A stretch of DNA of 64,000 bases from Candidatus Eiseniibacteriota bacterium (GTDB lineage: Bacteria; Eisenbacteria; RBG-16-71-46; JABDJR01). Where the stretch lies: NCBI GenBank assembly GCA_963762255.1, contig CAVXKA010000002.1:1312001-1376000 (forward strand). The letters are read 5' to 3'. Shown here one piece after another: positions 10,289 to 19,247 of the stretch; positions within the stretch are counted from its first letter, which is position 1; each line of letters opens with the position of its first letter. The notes beneath the pieces were generated by a model. The model saw nothing but the letters and a program-made list of their open reading frames with translations, made no database searches and had not been told where the DNA came from. A program made the translations under genes and the position numbers.

Positions 10289-10392
10289 CACCGCCCTACT
10301 GCTGACGGTCCAATCCTCGGCGGTCATTTGCACAATCCAGAAGATGGCCACTGGAGCCGGTCCGGGGCTGTCAGCACATGTCTTCGTCTGGT
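10283..10392 (+). mobile_element. attC-like site, left arm intact and right end decayed
   Basis: GCCTAAC contains the HEPN stop codon, as is typical for cassettes; TGCTGAC (10300) pairs with GTCAGCA (10370); no clean GTTRRRY. Confidence 0.45.
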
Positions 10393-10734
10393 GACCGTTG
10401 TCGCAGTCTTCGCGCTGCCTTGTCTGAAGTCGCCCACGCCGCCAGCTCCCGCCCATGAACGCGGGGGGGGCATCGCACGGCGTCTTCCGATGGCTGTTGT
10501 CGTGATTGTGCCGCCGCGCGACCCCAGGCATCCTGGGGCCATCGCATGTTTCGTCGTGGGACCATCCAGGACTGCGAAGTGTCCGAGACAGGCGGAGCAG
10601 AGTTACACTGGGCGGCAGTACCGGTTTCCGAGAGCATTTCTGCTACCCGATCCTCTTGAGCAGGCTTTCAGGAGCTCATCATATCGCACTTGAGTCGCAG
10701 GACTTGCGTTTCATGCGCGAGGAGGGAGTCAGTG

Positions 10735-12000
10735 ATGGCGCGCCGCGGTTTCTTCGCTGAACTTCAACATCAATCAAAGGTCGCCGCCCGAGAGCGGGCA
10801 CGGGATCTGCGGGAAGCGCAGCGGGCGCGCGCGGGTGCGATCCGCGAGGCCGAACGGACCCGAAGAGCCGAGGAACGTGCAAGAGATCAGTGGTCCCGGG
10901 CGACTGCGGCGGACAAGAAGCGGCTAGCACGGGAAGCCCGGGACGCTCATGTTGCCGCCATGGAAGCGGAGGTACTGGAGAAGAACCTCGAACTCGCACA
11001 GGTGTACGACGAGCTGGACTCTCTGCTTGCGGCGACCCTGGCAGTCGATGATTTTGTGGACTTGAATACACTGCGTACTGTCGTCGAGCACCCACCATTC
11101 GATCGAACCGATCTGGAAGTGCCCATCCCCACACCCGATCCTATTGCTGACCCCCTCAGGCCCGTCGTTCCCCCACTTCCCCCACCTCCCAAGGGACTGC
11201 AGGGGTTGTTTGGCAAGAAGAAGTACGGACAGGCACTCGCCGAAGCAGTAGCTGCTCATGAACGCGCCGTTGCACGCTGGCAGGCTGAACTACCCAAGGC
11301 AGAGGCGGCCCGGAAGGCGGCGGCGACTCAGCACGCTCAAGCAGAGGCCCGGCGCCTCTCAGACCTTGCGGCGGCCCGGGACCGCTACGCCGCAGAGTGT
11401 TCAGCGCGCGAAGCAGAGGCGGAGGACCGAAACAGAGCCCTCGATGCCCTGATAGCCAACCTTGGCTACGGAACCGTTGACGCCGTCCAGGAATACGTGT
11501 CCATCGTGCTGTCAAACTCCGTGTATCCGAAGCACCTCTCGATCGAACACAGCTTTGCGTTCGACGTTGCAACTGCAGAGCTGCGACTGCGCGTGCTAGT
11601 ACCGGGCCCCGACAAGGCGCCTACCATTGGCACGTACAAGTACAGCAAGGCATCTGACGAGGTCACGACCACCGCATTGTCGCAGAAGGCGTGCAAGGAC
11701 CGGTACGCGAATGTGGTGTACCAAGTCGCCCTCCGATCGATGCATGAGGTTTTCGAAGCCGACCGTCGCGGATTGGTGAAGTCGATTTCTTTGGAGGTCG
11801 GGACTGAAACCATCGACCCGGCCACGGGGAGAGAGATCTACATCCCATTCGTCGCGGCGGGCGCTGAGCGGGATTCGTTCCTGGCCCTGGATCTTTCAAA
11901 CGTGGTCCCATCCGCCACCCTGAGTCACCTAGGCGCGGCCGTCTCAAAGAATCCATTCGGTTTACTCGCCGCAGATGTATCGGGAATCCGACGCGCATGA
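10735..12000 (+). CDS. Coiled-coil protein resembling the N-terminal region of long Mrr-type restriction proteins, lacking the nuclease domain
   Basis: Starts MARRGFFAELQ; long R/E/A helix; LLAATL, Pro-rich linker, YQVALRSMHEVFEAD, DPATG; ends with no PD-(D/Q)xK segment. Confidence 0.6.
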   Translation: MARRGFFAELQHQSKVAARERARDLREAQRARAGAIREAERTRRAEERARDQWSRATAADKKRLAREARDAHVAAMEAEVLEKNLELAQVYDELDSLLAATLAVDDFVDLNTLRTVVEHPPFDRTDLEVPIPTPDPIADPLRPVVPPLPPPPKGLQGLFGKKKYGQALAEAVAAHERAVARWQAELPKAEAARKAAATQHAQAEARRLSDLAAARDRYAAECSAREAEAEDRNRALDALIANLGYGTVDAVQEYVSIVLSNSVYPKHLSIEHSFAFDVATAELRLRVLVPGPDKAPTIGTYKYSKASDEVTTTALSQKACKDRYANVVYQVALRSMHEVFEADRRGLVKSISLEVGTETIDPATGREIYIPFVAAGAERDSFLALDLSNVVPSATLSHLGAAVSKNPFGLLAADVSGIRRA

Positions 12001-13361
12001 CTCCCAAACACCTAGTCTTCAATCCGCCTCCCGGATGGCCCAAGCCCCCTGAAGGATGGTCTCCCCCAAAGGGCTGGACTCCGGATCCCACTTGGCCAGA
12101 TCCACCGGATGGCTGGCAGCTTTGGCTCCCCGCCGAATCGCCAGGTGATGAAGCGACCCCTTCTGAAGACTTCAGCGGCGGGATCAGCAGCCCCCAATCA
12201 CCACCACAAGCGCAACCGGCGGCGGTACAAGTGCCTGCCGACGCCGATCGGCGGACCATGCTCCTTGAAGCCGAGATCACCGCGCTTCGGGCCCAATTGC
12301 ATGCAGCCGCATCCGCGGCTGACACCGTCGTGCTTGACGACGAGTGGGTTCTGCAAGAGGCAGGAGTCTATCGGTACCACCACCCCCTCGAGAACGCGGC
12401 GGCGTACAAGGATCGTCTCGCCGATCTGAGCATGCGCATCGCAACTCTCATCAAGTCCGGGGGCGCAATCGAGATGTCGAACAGCTTCACCTTCGACAAC
12501 TCCCTCGCCAAAGGCCGCCAGATGTCCAACGACCTCGGCAAGCTCATGCTGCGTGCGTACAACGCGGAAGTGGACAATAGCCTACGCGCGTTGCGAGCAG
12601 GCAACGTCGTCACAGCGAAGCGACGTATTGATGCTACGCGAACCGCAATCAAGAGACTCGGGCGGATGATGCAGATGCAGATCAGCGATGCATTTCACGC
12701 CTTACGTCTCGAAGAGCTCGAATTGACCGCCGACTTCATGATGAAGAAGGAGGAAGAACGCGAGGCGGCTCGCGAAGAGCGCGAGCGCCTTCGTGAGGAA
12801 CGAAAGGTCGAGGCCGAACTCGCAGCGGAGCGGGAAAGGCTCGACAAGGAGCGAACTCATCTCGTGAACGCACTTGGGGCACTACGGAACGGGGGAGCGA
12901 CCGATGTTGAGTTGGAGCGCAAGCTCGCTGAACTCGATGATGCAATCGCCCAGAATGACTATCGGGCAGCCAACATCAGGGCGGGTTACGTCTACGTAAT
13001 CTCGAATCGGGGCGCGTTTGGCGCCGACGTTGTGAAGATTGGCCTGACTCGCCGATTGGAGCCGCTTGACCGCGTAAGTGAACTGAGCGGGGCCGCAGTG
13101 CCGTTCCGTTTCGACGTCCACTGCCTGATCTTCTCCGAAGATGCCGTCACCCTCGAATCCGAATTGCACAAGCACTTTGGCAATCGAAGAGTCAATCACG
13201 CCAACGAACGCAAGGAGTTCTTCTTTGCAAAGCCAGGAGACGTGCGCGCAGCTCTCACTTCCCGAGTTGGCACGCTTCTCGAGTTCGCAGAACACGCTGA
13301 ATCGACGGAGTACCTGCAGAGCGTTCGCTACTGGCCAGAGGACCTCAAGAGGGATAGCTGA
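11997..13361 (+). CDS. DUF4041 + T5orf172/GIY-YIG nuclease (SNIPE/PD-lambda-1-like)
   Basis: KLMLRAYNAE (DUF4041), coiled coil, then RAGYVYVISN..AFG..VVKIGLTRR..P.DRV.EL...VPF.FDVH...RKEFF. Confidence 0.9.
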   Translation: MTPKHLVFNPPPGWPKPPEGWSPPKGWTPDPTWPDPPDGWQLWLPAESPGDEATPSEDFSGGISSPQSPPQAQPAAVQVPADADRRTMLLEAEITALRAQLHAAASAADTVVLDDEWVLQEAGVYRYHHPLENAAAYKDRLADLSMRIATLIKSGGAIEMSNSFTFDNSLAKGRQMSNDLGKLMLRAYNAEVDNSLRALRAGNVVTAKRRIDATRTAIKRLGRMMQMQISDAFHALRLEELELTADFMMKKEEEREAAREERERLREERKVEAELAAERERLDKERTHLVNALGALRNGGATDVELERKLAELDDAIAQNDYRAANIRAGYVYVISNRGAFGADVVKIGLTRRLEPLDRVSELSGAAVPFRFDVHCLIFSEDAVTLESELHKHFGNRRVNHANERKEFFFAKPGDVRAALTSRVGTLLEFAEHAESTEYLQSVRYWPEDLKRDS

Positions 13362-13413
13362 GCGCGGACCCAGGCCGCCAGTCAATGACGGGAGAACCGC
13401 CTCACCTGCCCCC

Positions 13414-13659
13414 CTACCCCACCTCCACCCACTCCTCCACCACCAGCACGTGCCGATGCCGCTGCCCTCGCACGCGGATGCGCTTCCCCACCAGCGCATC
13501 GAGTTCCGGATCGCTGGGCGGTCGCACTCCAACAAGACGCAGCACGAACTCGCCGTAGCGGGTCGAGAGCATGACCGCATTGCGCTCGCTCTTGGATCCC
13601 TCGGCAATCCGGCTCCGGATCACGTCGCCGGTGTATTGCTTCGTCTCGCTCGCCACCAC
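13414..13659 (-). CDS. Small beta-rich hypothetical protein with GSKSE motif
   Basis: Starts 7 nt after the C25 stop with RBS AGAGG; OB-fold-like pattern LVGKRIRVRG. Confidence 0.7.
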   Translation of the reverse strand: MVASETKQYTGDVIRSRIAEGSKSERNAVMLSTRYGEFVLRLVGVRPPSDPELDALVGKRIRVRGQRHRHVLVVEEWVEVG

Positions 13660-13666
13660 GTGCCTC

Positions 13667-15259
13667 TTATCGCCGGTAGATGACCGTCAAGTCGTCCACG
13701 GCCCCGTCCACCTCTCGGACCACCAATAACTGCTTGGGTTCAACCCGGGGGCCCGCGACCTTCGGCTGAGCCTTACCGCCAACCGTTCTCACCAGCGGCA
13801 CCACGAAGTACTGCGTCTTGTGCTTGGCGAGCCGCTTGGCGAGCGCCGCCACCGGCGCTCCATCGCCCCTACGCATCCCAAAGCGATCCACCCGTCTCCC
13901 CAGAGCATAGCCCCTGGGCAGGCGTAGCCGAAAACGCGACAGCGCTCCGACCGACAGCACCTGCGCGCTGCCCGGATCGGCGGTGGCGATCGTGCGCTCG
14001 ATCGCACGCCCGCGCGCGGCCAGCACGTGTCGGCGGTCGACTCGCGCCGCCAACCACGAGACCGCCTTCGCGGCGGCGCCCTTGCCCTTCTTCGCAGCAC
14101 TCTTCGCTGACTGCGTCTTCTTCCCACCCTTCTTCGCCACCACCGGCTGGATCGACGGATCGCCGATCAGGTTGAACTGCGCCACGGTCTTGAGATCCAC
14201 CGGCCCCATCGTTCCTCCCGCCTCGATGTAGCGCTGGCGGGCTTGAAGCGCGGCGCGCCCCAGCGACGCCCCGTCCCGCACTGCCTGGATGAACTCGATG
14301 CAGAGGAGGTCGGCGTACTCGGTGCCGTCGGCGGGGCCATACGCAACCGTGCTGCTACCGAAGAAGCCCCACGCGCCTTCGCCCAGGTAGCGTTGCGAGA
14401 TCCCCATCTCCGTGCCGGTGGGATCGTAGAGCTCCGCGCCGTAGCAGCACTCGGCGGCGATCACGGTGCCCGACACCACGCGTCCCGAAAGATGGGTCGA
14501 GAGATGCGCGATCGGCTGGTCGTTCTCGTTCGCCTCCGCCTGCCCAAAATACGCAGGGAACGCGACGTCGCCGTGGCAATTGATGAAGTGCACGCGCGGC
14601 TTGAGCACGTTGGCCGACCACGTGGGGCCCTCGGGGGGCGAGAGATGGACGCCCTTTGTCGATCCGAAAAGCTTCTTCATGCTCGCGCGGGTGGAGCCCT
14701 TCCATACTTCGGCGGAGAGCGCGAAGTGGCTCTTGTAGCTCGCGCGACTGCGCGACGTCCACGAGGCGGCGCGATCGATCACGCCCACGAAGTAGCCCGT
14801 GTCGCCACGGCCCATGATGTCGGGGAGCCGCCCCACGACGCGCCCGGGCCCGAGGAAGTCTGTGATGTCGAGGCTGTAGCCCGCGTCGCACGCGTAGGGC
14901 AGATCCGACTCCACGCGCCGGTCCGGATCGGTCGTGGCGGAGAGCGGGTTCTTGAGCTGAACGTGCGGGATCACGTCAGGCGCGCCAAGAAGCAGCACGT
15001 AGTGCGGAGCGAGCGCGGCGCAGATCGCGTCCACCGCGCGCTTCACCTGGCGCGCGTCGCCGGCGGAGGTCACCCGCGGTCCGAACGGCTTCATGTCCTC
15101 AGCGCGATCGATGTGAACCACGATGGTCGTGATCCCGCGCTTCTTGTCGGCGGCGATCATGCGGTGGACGGCGGCGCGGAGCTTCGGCATGCCCGCCGCC
15201 TTGTGCTTCTTGCGAAGCGCCACCGAGTTCGCAACGATCACCTTGTGCACCGGGCTCAT
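13667..15259 (-). CDS. C25 (gingipain-like, clan CD) cysteine peptidase without signal peptide
   Basis: Motifs YVLLLGAPDVIP, VGRLP, FINCHG (His), AECCYG (Cys), FNLIGDPS; ATG at 15259 preceded by AAGGGGG. Confidence 0.82.
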   Translation of the reverse strand: MSPVHKVIVANSVALRKKHKAAGMPKLRAAVHRMIAADKKRGITTIVVHIDRAEDMKPFGPRVTSAGDARQVKRAVDAICAALAPHYVLLLGAPDVIPHVQLKNPLSATTDPDRRVESDLPYACDAGYSLDITDFLGPGRVVGRLPDIMGRGDTGYFVGVIDRAASWTSRSRASYKSHFALSAEVWKGSTRASMKKLFGSTKGVHLSPPEGPTWSANVLKPRVHFINCHGDVAFPAYFGQAEANENDQPIAHLSTHLSGRVVSGTVIAAECCYGAELYDPTGTEMGISQRYLGEGAWGFFGSSTVAYGPADGTEYADLLCIEFIQAVRDGASLGRAALQARQRYIEAGGTMGPVDLKTVAQFNLIGDPSIQPVVAKKGGKKTQSAKSAAKKGKGAAAKAVSWLAARVDRRHVLAARGRAIERTIATADPGSAQVLSVGALSRFRLRLPRGYALGRRVDRFGMRRGDGAPVAALAKRLAKHKTQYFVVPLVRTVGGKAQPKVAGPRVEPKQLLVVREVDGAVDDLTVIYRR

Positions 15260-15276
15260 GGAATTCCCCCTTCGCG

Positions 15277-16939
15277 CTACCGGCTCATGTGATCCCGAAG
15301 TCGCCGTGACGCCATCGTCCATCGTACCGCGCCCTTCGCCTTGGCGCCCCGCGCCTTCTTTCCGCGAGCCCGGTCGCGTACCGACTGTCGGAGCTTGGCA
15401 TCCGTCGCCAGGTGGAAGGCGATCTCGGGCCCGAAGTCTTCGAGGAACGCGTCGAGCGTCGCGTCCGTCACTTTGAACGTCGCGGCCAGCGCCTTTCGCA
15501 TCGCCGCCGGTGGAAGATCCGGGAAGAGCGCCAGAACTTCCTCGAGCGGCGTCACCCGCGCGGCGCGGCGCTTCGCCATGCCCTTCGCCTTGGGTGTCGT
15601 TGGAAGCGGCGCCTTCAGGAGTCGCTCGGCATCGAGAGTCCCGGCCCCATACTCCCGCGCGTCCCATCCCGCGGGCCGTCGGACTCCCGCGGTCACGAGC
15701 ACCTCGCGGAACACGGAAGCGAGGTTGGCCCTTCCGTACTTGGCGATGAGGCGATCTCTTCCATGGTACGCGAGCCAGAGCGCGCAAGCGCCGGCGGTCG
15801 TGGTCACCGCGAACGAGGTCCCCGTCCCGCGCTCGGCCGTGTACGCCGTGGGGTTGTCCTTGGGCGTTCGCGCCACCCACACCGATTCGCCGGGAGCGGC
15901 GAGATCCACGTCGGCGCCTCGCGCGGTGAACCTCCATGGTTTCCCCGCGCAGTTGACGGCGGCCACCGCGATGACCGCGTCGAGCCTCGCCGGGTAGACC
16001 ACCCACGGCCAGTAGTTCCCGGCGGCGGCGAGGACGATGACGCCTTGCCCCACCGCGTGATCCACGGCATTGCGCAGAGCGTTGCTCGCGATCGGCCCGC
16101 CGAGCGACATGGAGATGACGTGACAGCCGGCGTCGACGGCGCGATAGATGGCGCGCGCGACGTTGAGGAAGTTGAAAACCACAACCGTTTCGATGACGCG
16201 AAGGGGAACGACCTCGGCCATGGGGGCGCTTCCGGTGACCCACAGCGCGGCGCCGGCCCGCGCCCGGCCCGATGCCGCTCATGATGACGCTGGCGGTGGC
16301 GGTCCCGTGGCCTTCGTTGAGCCCGCTCCGCAACGGATCGCGCGGATCGGCCTTCGAGTTCACGAAGTTGAATCCGAGGTCCGTGCGGACGCGCTGATGC
16401 GGGCCGGGCTCCCAGATCTCCGGGTGCGGCGTGTAGCCGGTGTCGGGATGGCCGACGCGGATGCCCTCACCGAAGCGCTTCCCCTTCCCATGCTTGGGCA
16501 GCGCCACGGCCCACGCGTCGACGACCCGGCTCTGCTTGAGGCTCCATTCGCAGTCGGCGGAACAGGGCTTGGGGGCCTTTGCGAGGAGGGACTTGGGCGC
16601 GGGCTGTTCGTCGGGGGCGAGTAGCTCGCGAAGGTGCTTCGGATCGGGTTCCAGCCCCGGGAGTTCGAGAAGCGGCTCGGCATCCAGAACGTCGCGGTCA
16701 GCGACCAGACGATGCACGTGGTCCCACGCCGTGGAGAGCATGATGCGCTTGGATTTCCTGTCACGAAGGACCACGAAATCGCGACTGCCTCCATGAATGG
16801 GTTGGACGCTCCATCGGCCCGGGAGGTTCCTGCCCACTATCTCGCGGGCGAATCCGAGCGCGGCGGCGTGCGACTCGATAGGGTCGCCCGCGTGAATGAG
16901 GAGGCCTTCGCAGATCGGTGTGACGTTGGATCGGGGCAC
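15277..16939 (-). CDS. S8 subtilisin-like serine peptidase without signal peptide, +1 frameshift near 16250
   Basis: Triad motifs GHPDTG, GHGTATASV and GTGTSFA; oxyanion AAAGN; SMSLGG. Confidence 0.88.
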
Positions 16940-17126
16940 TGGATCTCCCGGTTGATCCTCTTGGGGGTCTGCCGGTTCCCGAGGGGACAGTATACGGCGA
17001 TTCGCAGTCCTGTTCGAGCTTGGACGGCAAGAACCACGTGGCTATCCTGGCTCGACTATGAGCCAGCCGCTGAGGCGCGGCGTCGGATCCATCCATTCTG
17101 GGCTGAACGGAAATGAGGGCAGACTC

Positions 17127-17825
17127 GTGAAAAGAATCCTCATCGTACTCGGGTTCAGTCTCATGTTGTTCGGGCTGGCGCACGGCTCTGAGATCATGAT
17201 GGTTTCCTTTACCTGCCCGATCGACAGCACGACGTTTGAATCCGGGGTTCAGGTCTCCTGCTACATAGTCGGACAGATGCTCGACTTGGAGCCCTTTGGA
17301 GCAGTCGCGGCACCTGCCCCCTTGCCGGTCTGTCCGAAGGACCACTTCGTGGTCTACGCGGACTCGATTCCCGCTGATGTCATCGCCAAACTGAAACCGT
17401 ACGTCCTTTCTTCCGCCTACCAAGACCTAGTGGAGGGCAACAGCTCTTACTACCTTCTGGCCAAGCTGGCTGAGTTTCTTGGCATTCCACCTCTCCAGAT
17501 CGGCTACCAGTACCTTCAAGCCTCGTGGCAAGTCGCCGACGATCCCGACAGACACCGGGAATACGTCGGAGAGTGCCTCAATGCGCTTCTCGCCGGCATC
17601 CCGCATGCAAACGGGGCGGCAGACGACTCGCTCACCATTGAGATTCTCTGCGTCGACCTGCAACGACAGTTGGGGAGGTTCGCCGATGCCCACGCACGGC
17701 TCCTGCCACTTCTGGAGAATCAGCAGATGCCGGATCATGTCAAGAGCGTCGCCAAGTACGAAATGGATCTGGTCGCCGCGCAAGATACTCTGCGCCACGA
17801 GGCGCCCGAGGCAGGGAGCAAGTGA
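17127..17825 (+). CDS. Exported DUF2225-like protein
   Basis: GTG start with signal peptide; CPID...LDL.P...CP motif; helical C-terminus with YLQASW. Confidence 0.6.
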   Translation: MKRILIVLGFSLMLFGLAHGSEIMMVSFTCPIDSTTFESGVQVSCYIVGQMLDLEPFGAVAAPAPLPVCPKDHFVVYADSIPADVIAKLKPYVLSSAYQDLVEGNSSYYLLAKLAEFLGIPPLQIGYQYLQASWQVADDPDRHREYVGECLNALLAGIPHANGAADDSLTIEILCVDLQRQLGRFADAHARLLPLLENQQMPDHVKSVAKYEMDLVAAQDTLRHEAPEAGSK

Positions 17826-17945
17826 CGTCGGAGCATGCAGTTGCTGTCGCCCGTGAGTTCTGACGGCTCATGGCCACAACCGACTTCCATTCAGTTGCGG
17901 TTGTGCTGGCACCAGACTTCGTGCTCGAATGGCCGCAATCCAACG
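17822..17945 (+). pseudogene. Truncated SnoaL/NTF2-like gene remnant
   Basis: Reads VAREF*RLMATTDFHSVAVVLAPDFVLEWPQSN; in-frame TGA at 17861 where Trp is expected; similarity ends at about 17945. Confidence 0.55.
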
Positions 17946-17977
17946 GGCGCCATGCGCTGCGCCGAGGAGACAATCCG

Positions 17978-18403
17978 ATGGAAGCTCGGAACGCTGACGG
18001 AACCCCTGCAACCGCCGGCCGCGGCGAACCCGAATACCCGAGCCTTGTCCGCAGGTACCTCGTGACTTTCCTGGACGGGTCGTTCGTCTTCGGCCTCTTC
18101 CTCCTGCTCATCTACGCGTTCCCCGGCAGCGAGCTCGCGTGGTTGCGGGTGGGGATCATCGCGACCACCATCCTGCTCTACGAGCCTGTCTTCACGAGCA
18201 GATCCTGCACTCTGGGTCAGAAGTTGCTCGGCGTGAGGGTGCGCCGATCCGATGACCTGTATCCGATCTCCATCCTCCAGGCCTATGCGCGCCTCGTCGT
18301 GAAGATCCTCCTCGGCTGGATATCGTTCCTGTCGCTGGGCTTCGACCGGGAGCGGCGCGCGATTCATGACTACGCCGTGGGTTCGGTCGTCATCCGGAGC
18401 TGA
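17978..18403 (+). CDS. RDD family membrane protein
   Basis: Motifs YPSLVRRYLVTFLD, TLGQKLLGVRV, RRAIHDYAVGSVVI. Confidence 0.85.
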   Translation: MEARNADGTPATAGRGEPEYPSLVRRYLVTFLDGSFVFGLFLLLIYAFPGSELAWLRVGIIATTILLYEPVFTSRSCTLGQKLLGVRVRRSDDLYPISILQAYARLVVKILLGWISFLSLGFDRERRAIHDYAVGSVVIRS

Positions 18404-18550
18404 CGTGGTGACCGCCATCAACTGCGCAACGTCAGGCCGGCCTGAGGCCGCTGGCTGGGCACCGCTAAGATGCGCCGCCCCGCGTGCCGATGACCACCGG
18501 AGAACACCGGGCATCCGACAGATAGCGCCTCCAACCAGGACAGCACGACG

Positions 18551-19186
18551 ATGAACGAAACCGCCTCGGACAGCATGCTCAAGGCCGTTTTCGATGCGCT
18601 CCCCTCCATGATCTTCGTGGTCGATGACGATGTGAAGATCCAGGAGTTCAACGCGGCGGCATCGGATCTCCTGGATGTTCAGGGAGGTGCCATCCTCAAG
18701 CAGCGAGCCGGCGACGTGCTGCATTGCGTGCACTCGATCGAGACCAACGAGGGATGCGGCAGATCATCCGCCTGCAAGGATTGCGTCATCAGGAACTCCG
18801 TCGGGCAGGCCTTTCAGGGGAATCGGATCGTTCGCAGCCGCATGAGAACAGAGCTCCTCCGGGACGGAGGCAAGATCGAGGTCTACGCGCTGGTCACCGC
18901 TTCCCCGTTCGTCTTCGAGGGCAGACAGCTCGTACTGCTCGTCATCGAGGACATCAGCGAGATCGCCGAACTCTATCGAATGATTCCGATCTGCTACGGC
19001 TGCGGCAAAGTGCGGGACGACAAGGAGTCCTGGATGCGGATCGAGTCCTACTTCAAGACCGGGTGGGGCGTCGAGTTCTCGCACGGACTTTGTCCGGACT
19101 GCTACAAGATCGAGCGGTGCAAGCTTCACGACCACCTGCAAGCGGGGCGCGAGGCCGCAGCGAAGGCCGAAGAGCCCCGCGGCTGA
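18551..19186 (+). CDS. Stand-alone PAS domain protein with C-terminal Zn-ribbon
   Basis: PAS start VFDALPSMIFVVD..FNAAA and end VIEDISE; tail PICYGCGKVRDD...FSHGLCPDC. Confidence 0.85.
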   Translation: MNETASDSMLKAVFDALPSMIFVVDDDVKIQEFNAAASDLLDVQGGAILKQRAGDVLHCVHSIETNEGCGRSSACKDCVIRNSVGQAFQGNRIVRSRMRTELLRDGGKIEVYALVTASPFVFEGRQLVLLVIEDISEIAELYRMIPICYGCGKVRDDKESWMRIESYFKTGWGVEFSHGLCPDCYKIERCKLHDHLQAGREAAAKAEEPRG

Positions 19187-19247
19187 TCTGAAAGGCCCGA
19201 CCCGGGCTACCTTTCCCGCCCGCGCCCCTGTCCCCTGGACATTTCCC

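Noticed and set aside
10328-10693. 121-aa ORF between HEPN and the Mrr-N-like gene
   Set aside because: TTG start inside an attC-like hairpin, no RBS, no recognisable motif.
13667-16939. 1090-aa ORF as a natural S8-C25 fusion
   Set aside because: The middle third is out-of-frame sequence. The S8 C-half lies in another frame with its own stop at 15277, and C25 has its own RBS and ATG at 15259.
17861-17863. TGA read-through or recoding in the SnoaL-like fragment
   Set aside because: The gene is also truncated about 28 codons later and TGA is the normal stop throughout the window, so decay is the simpler explanation.
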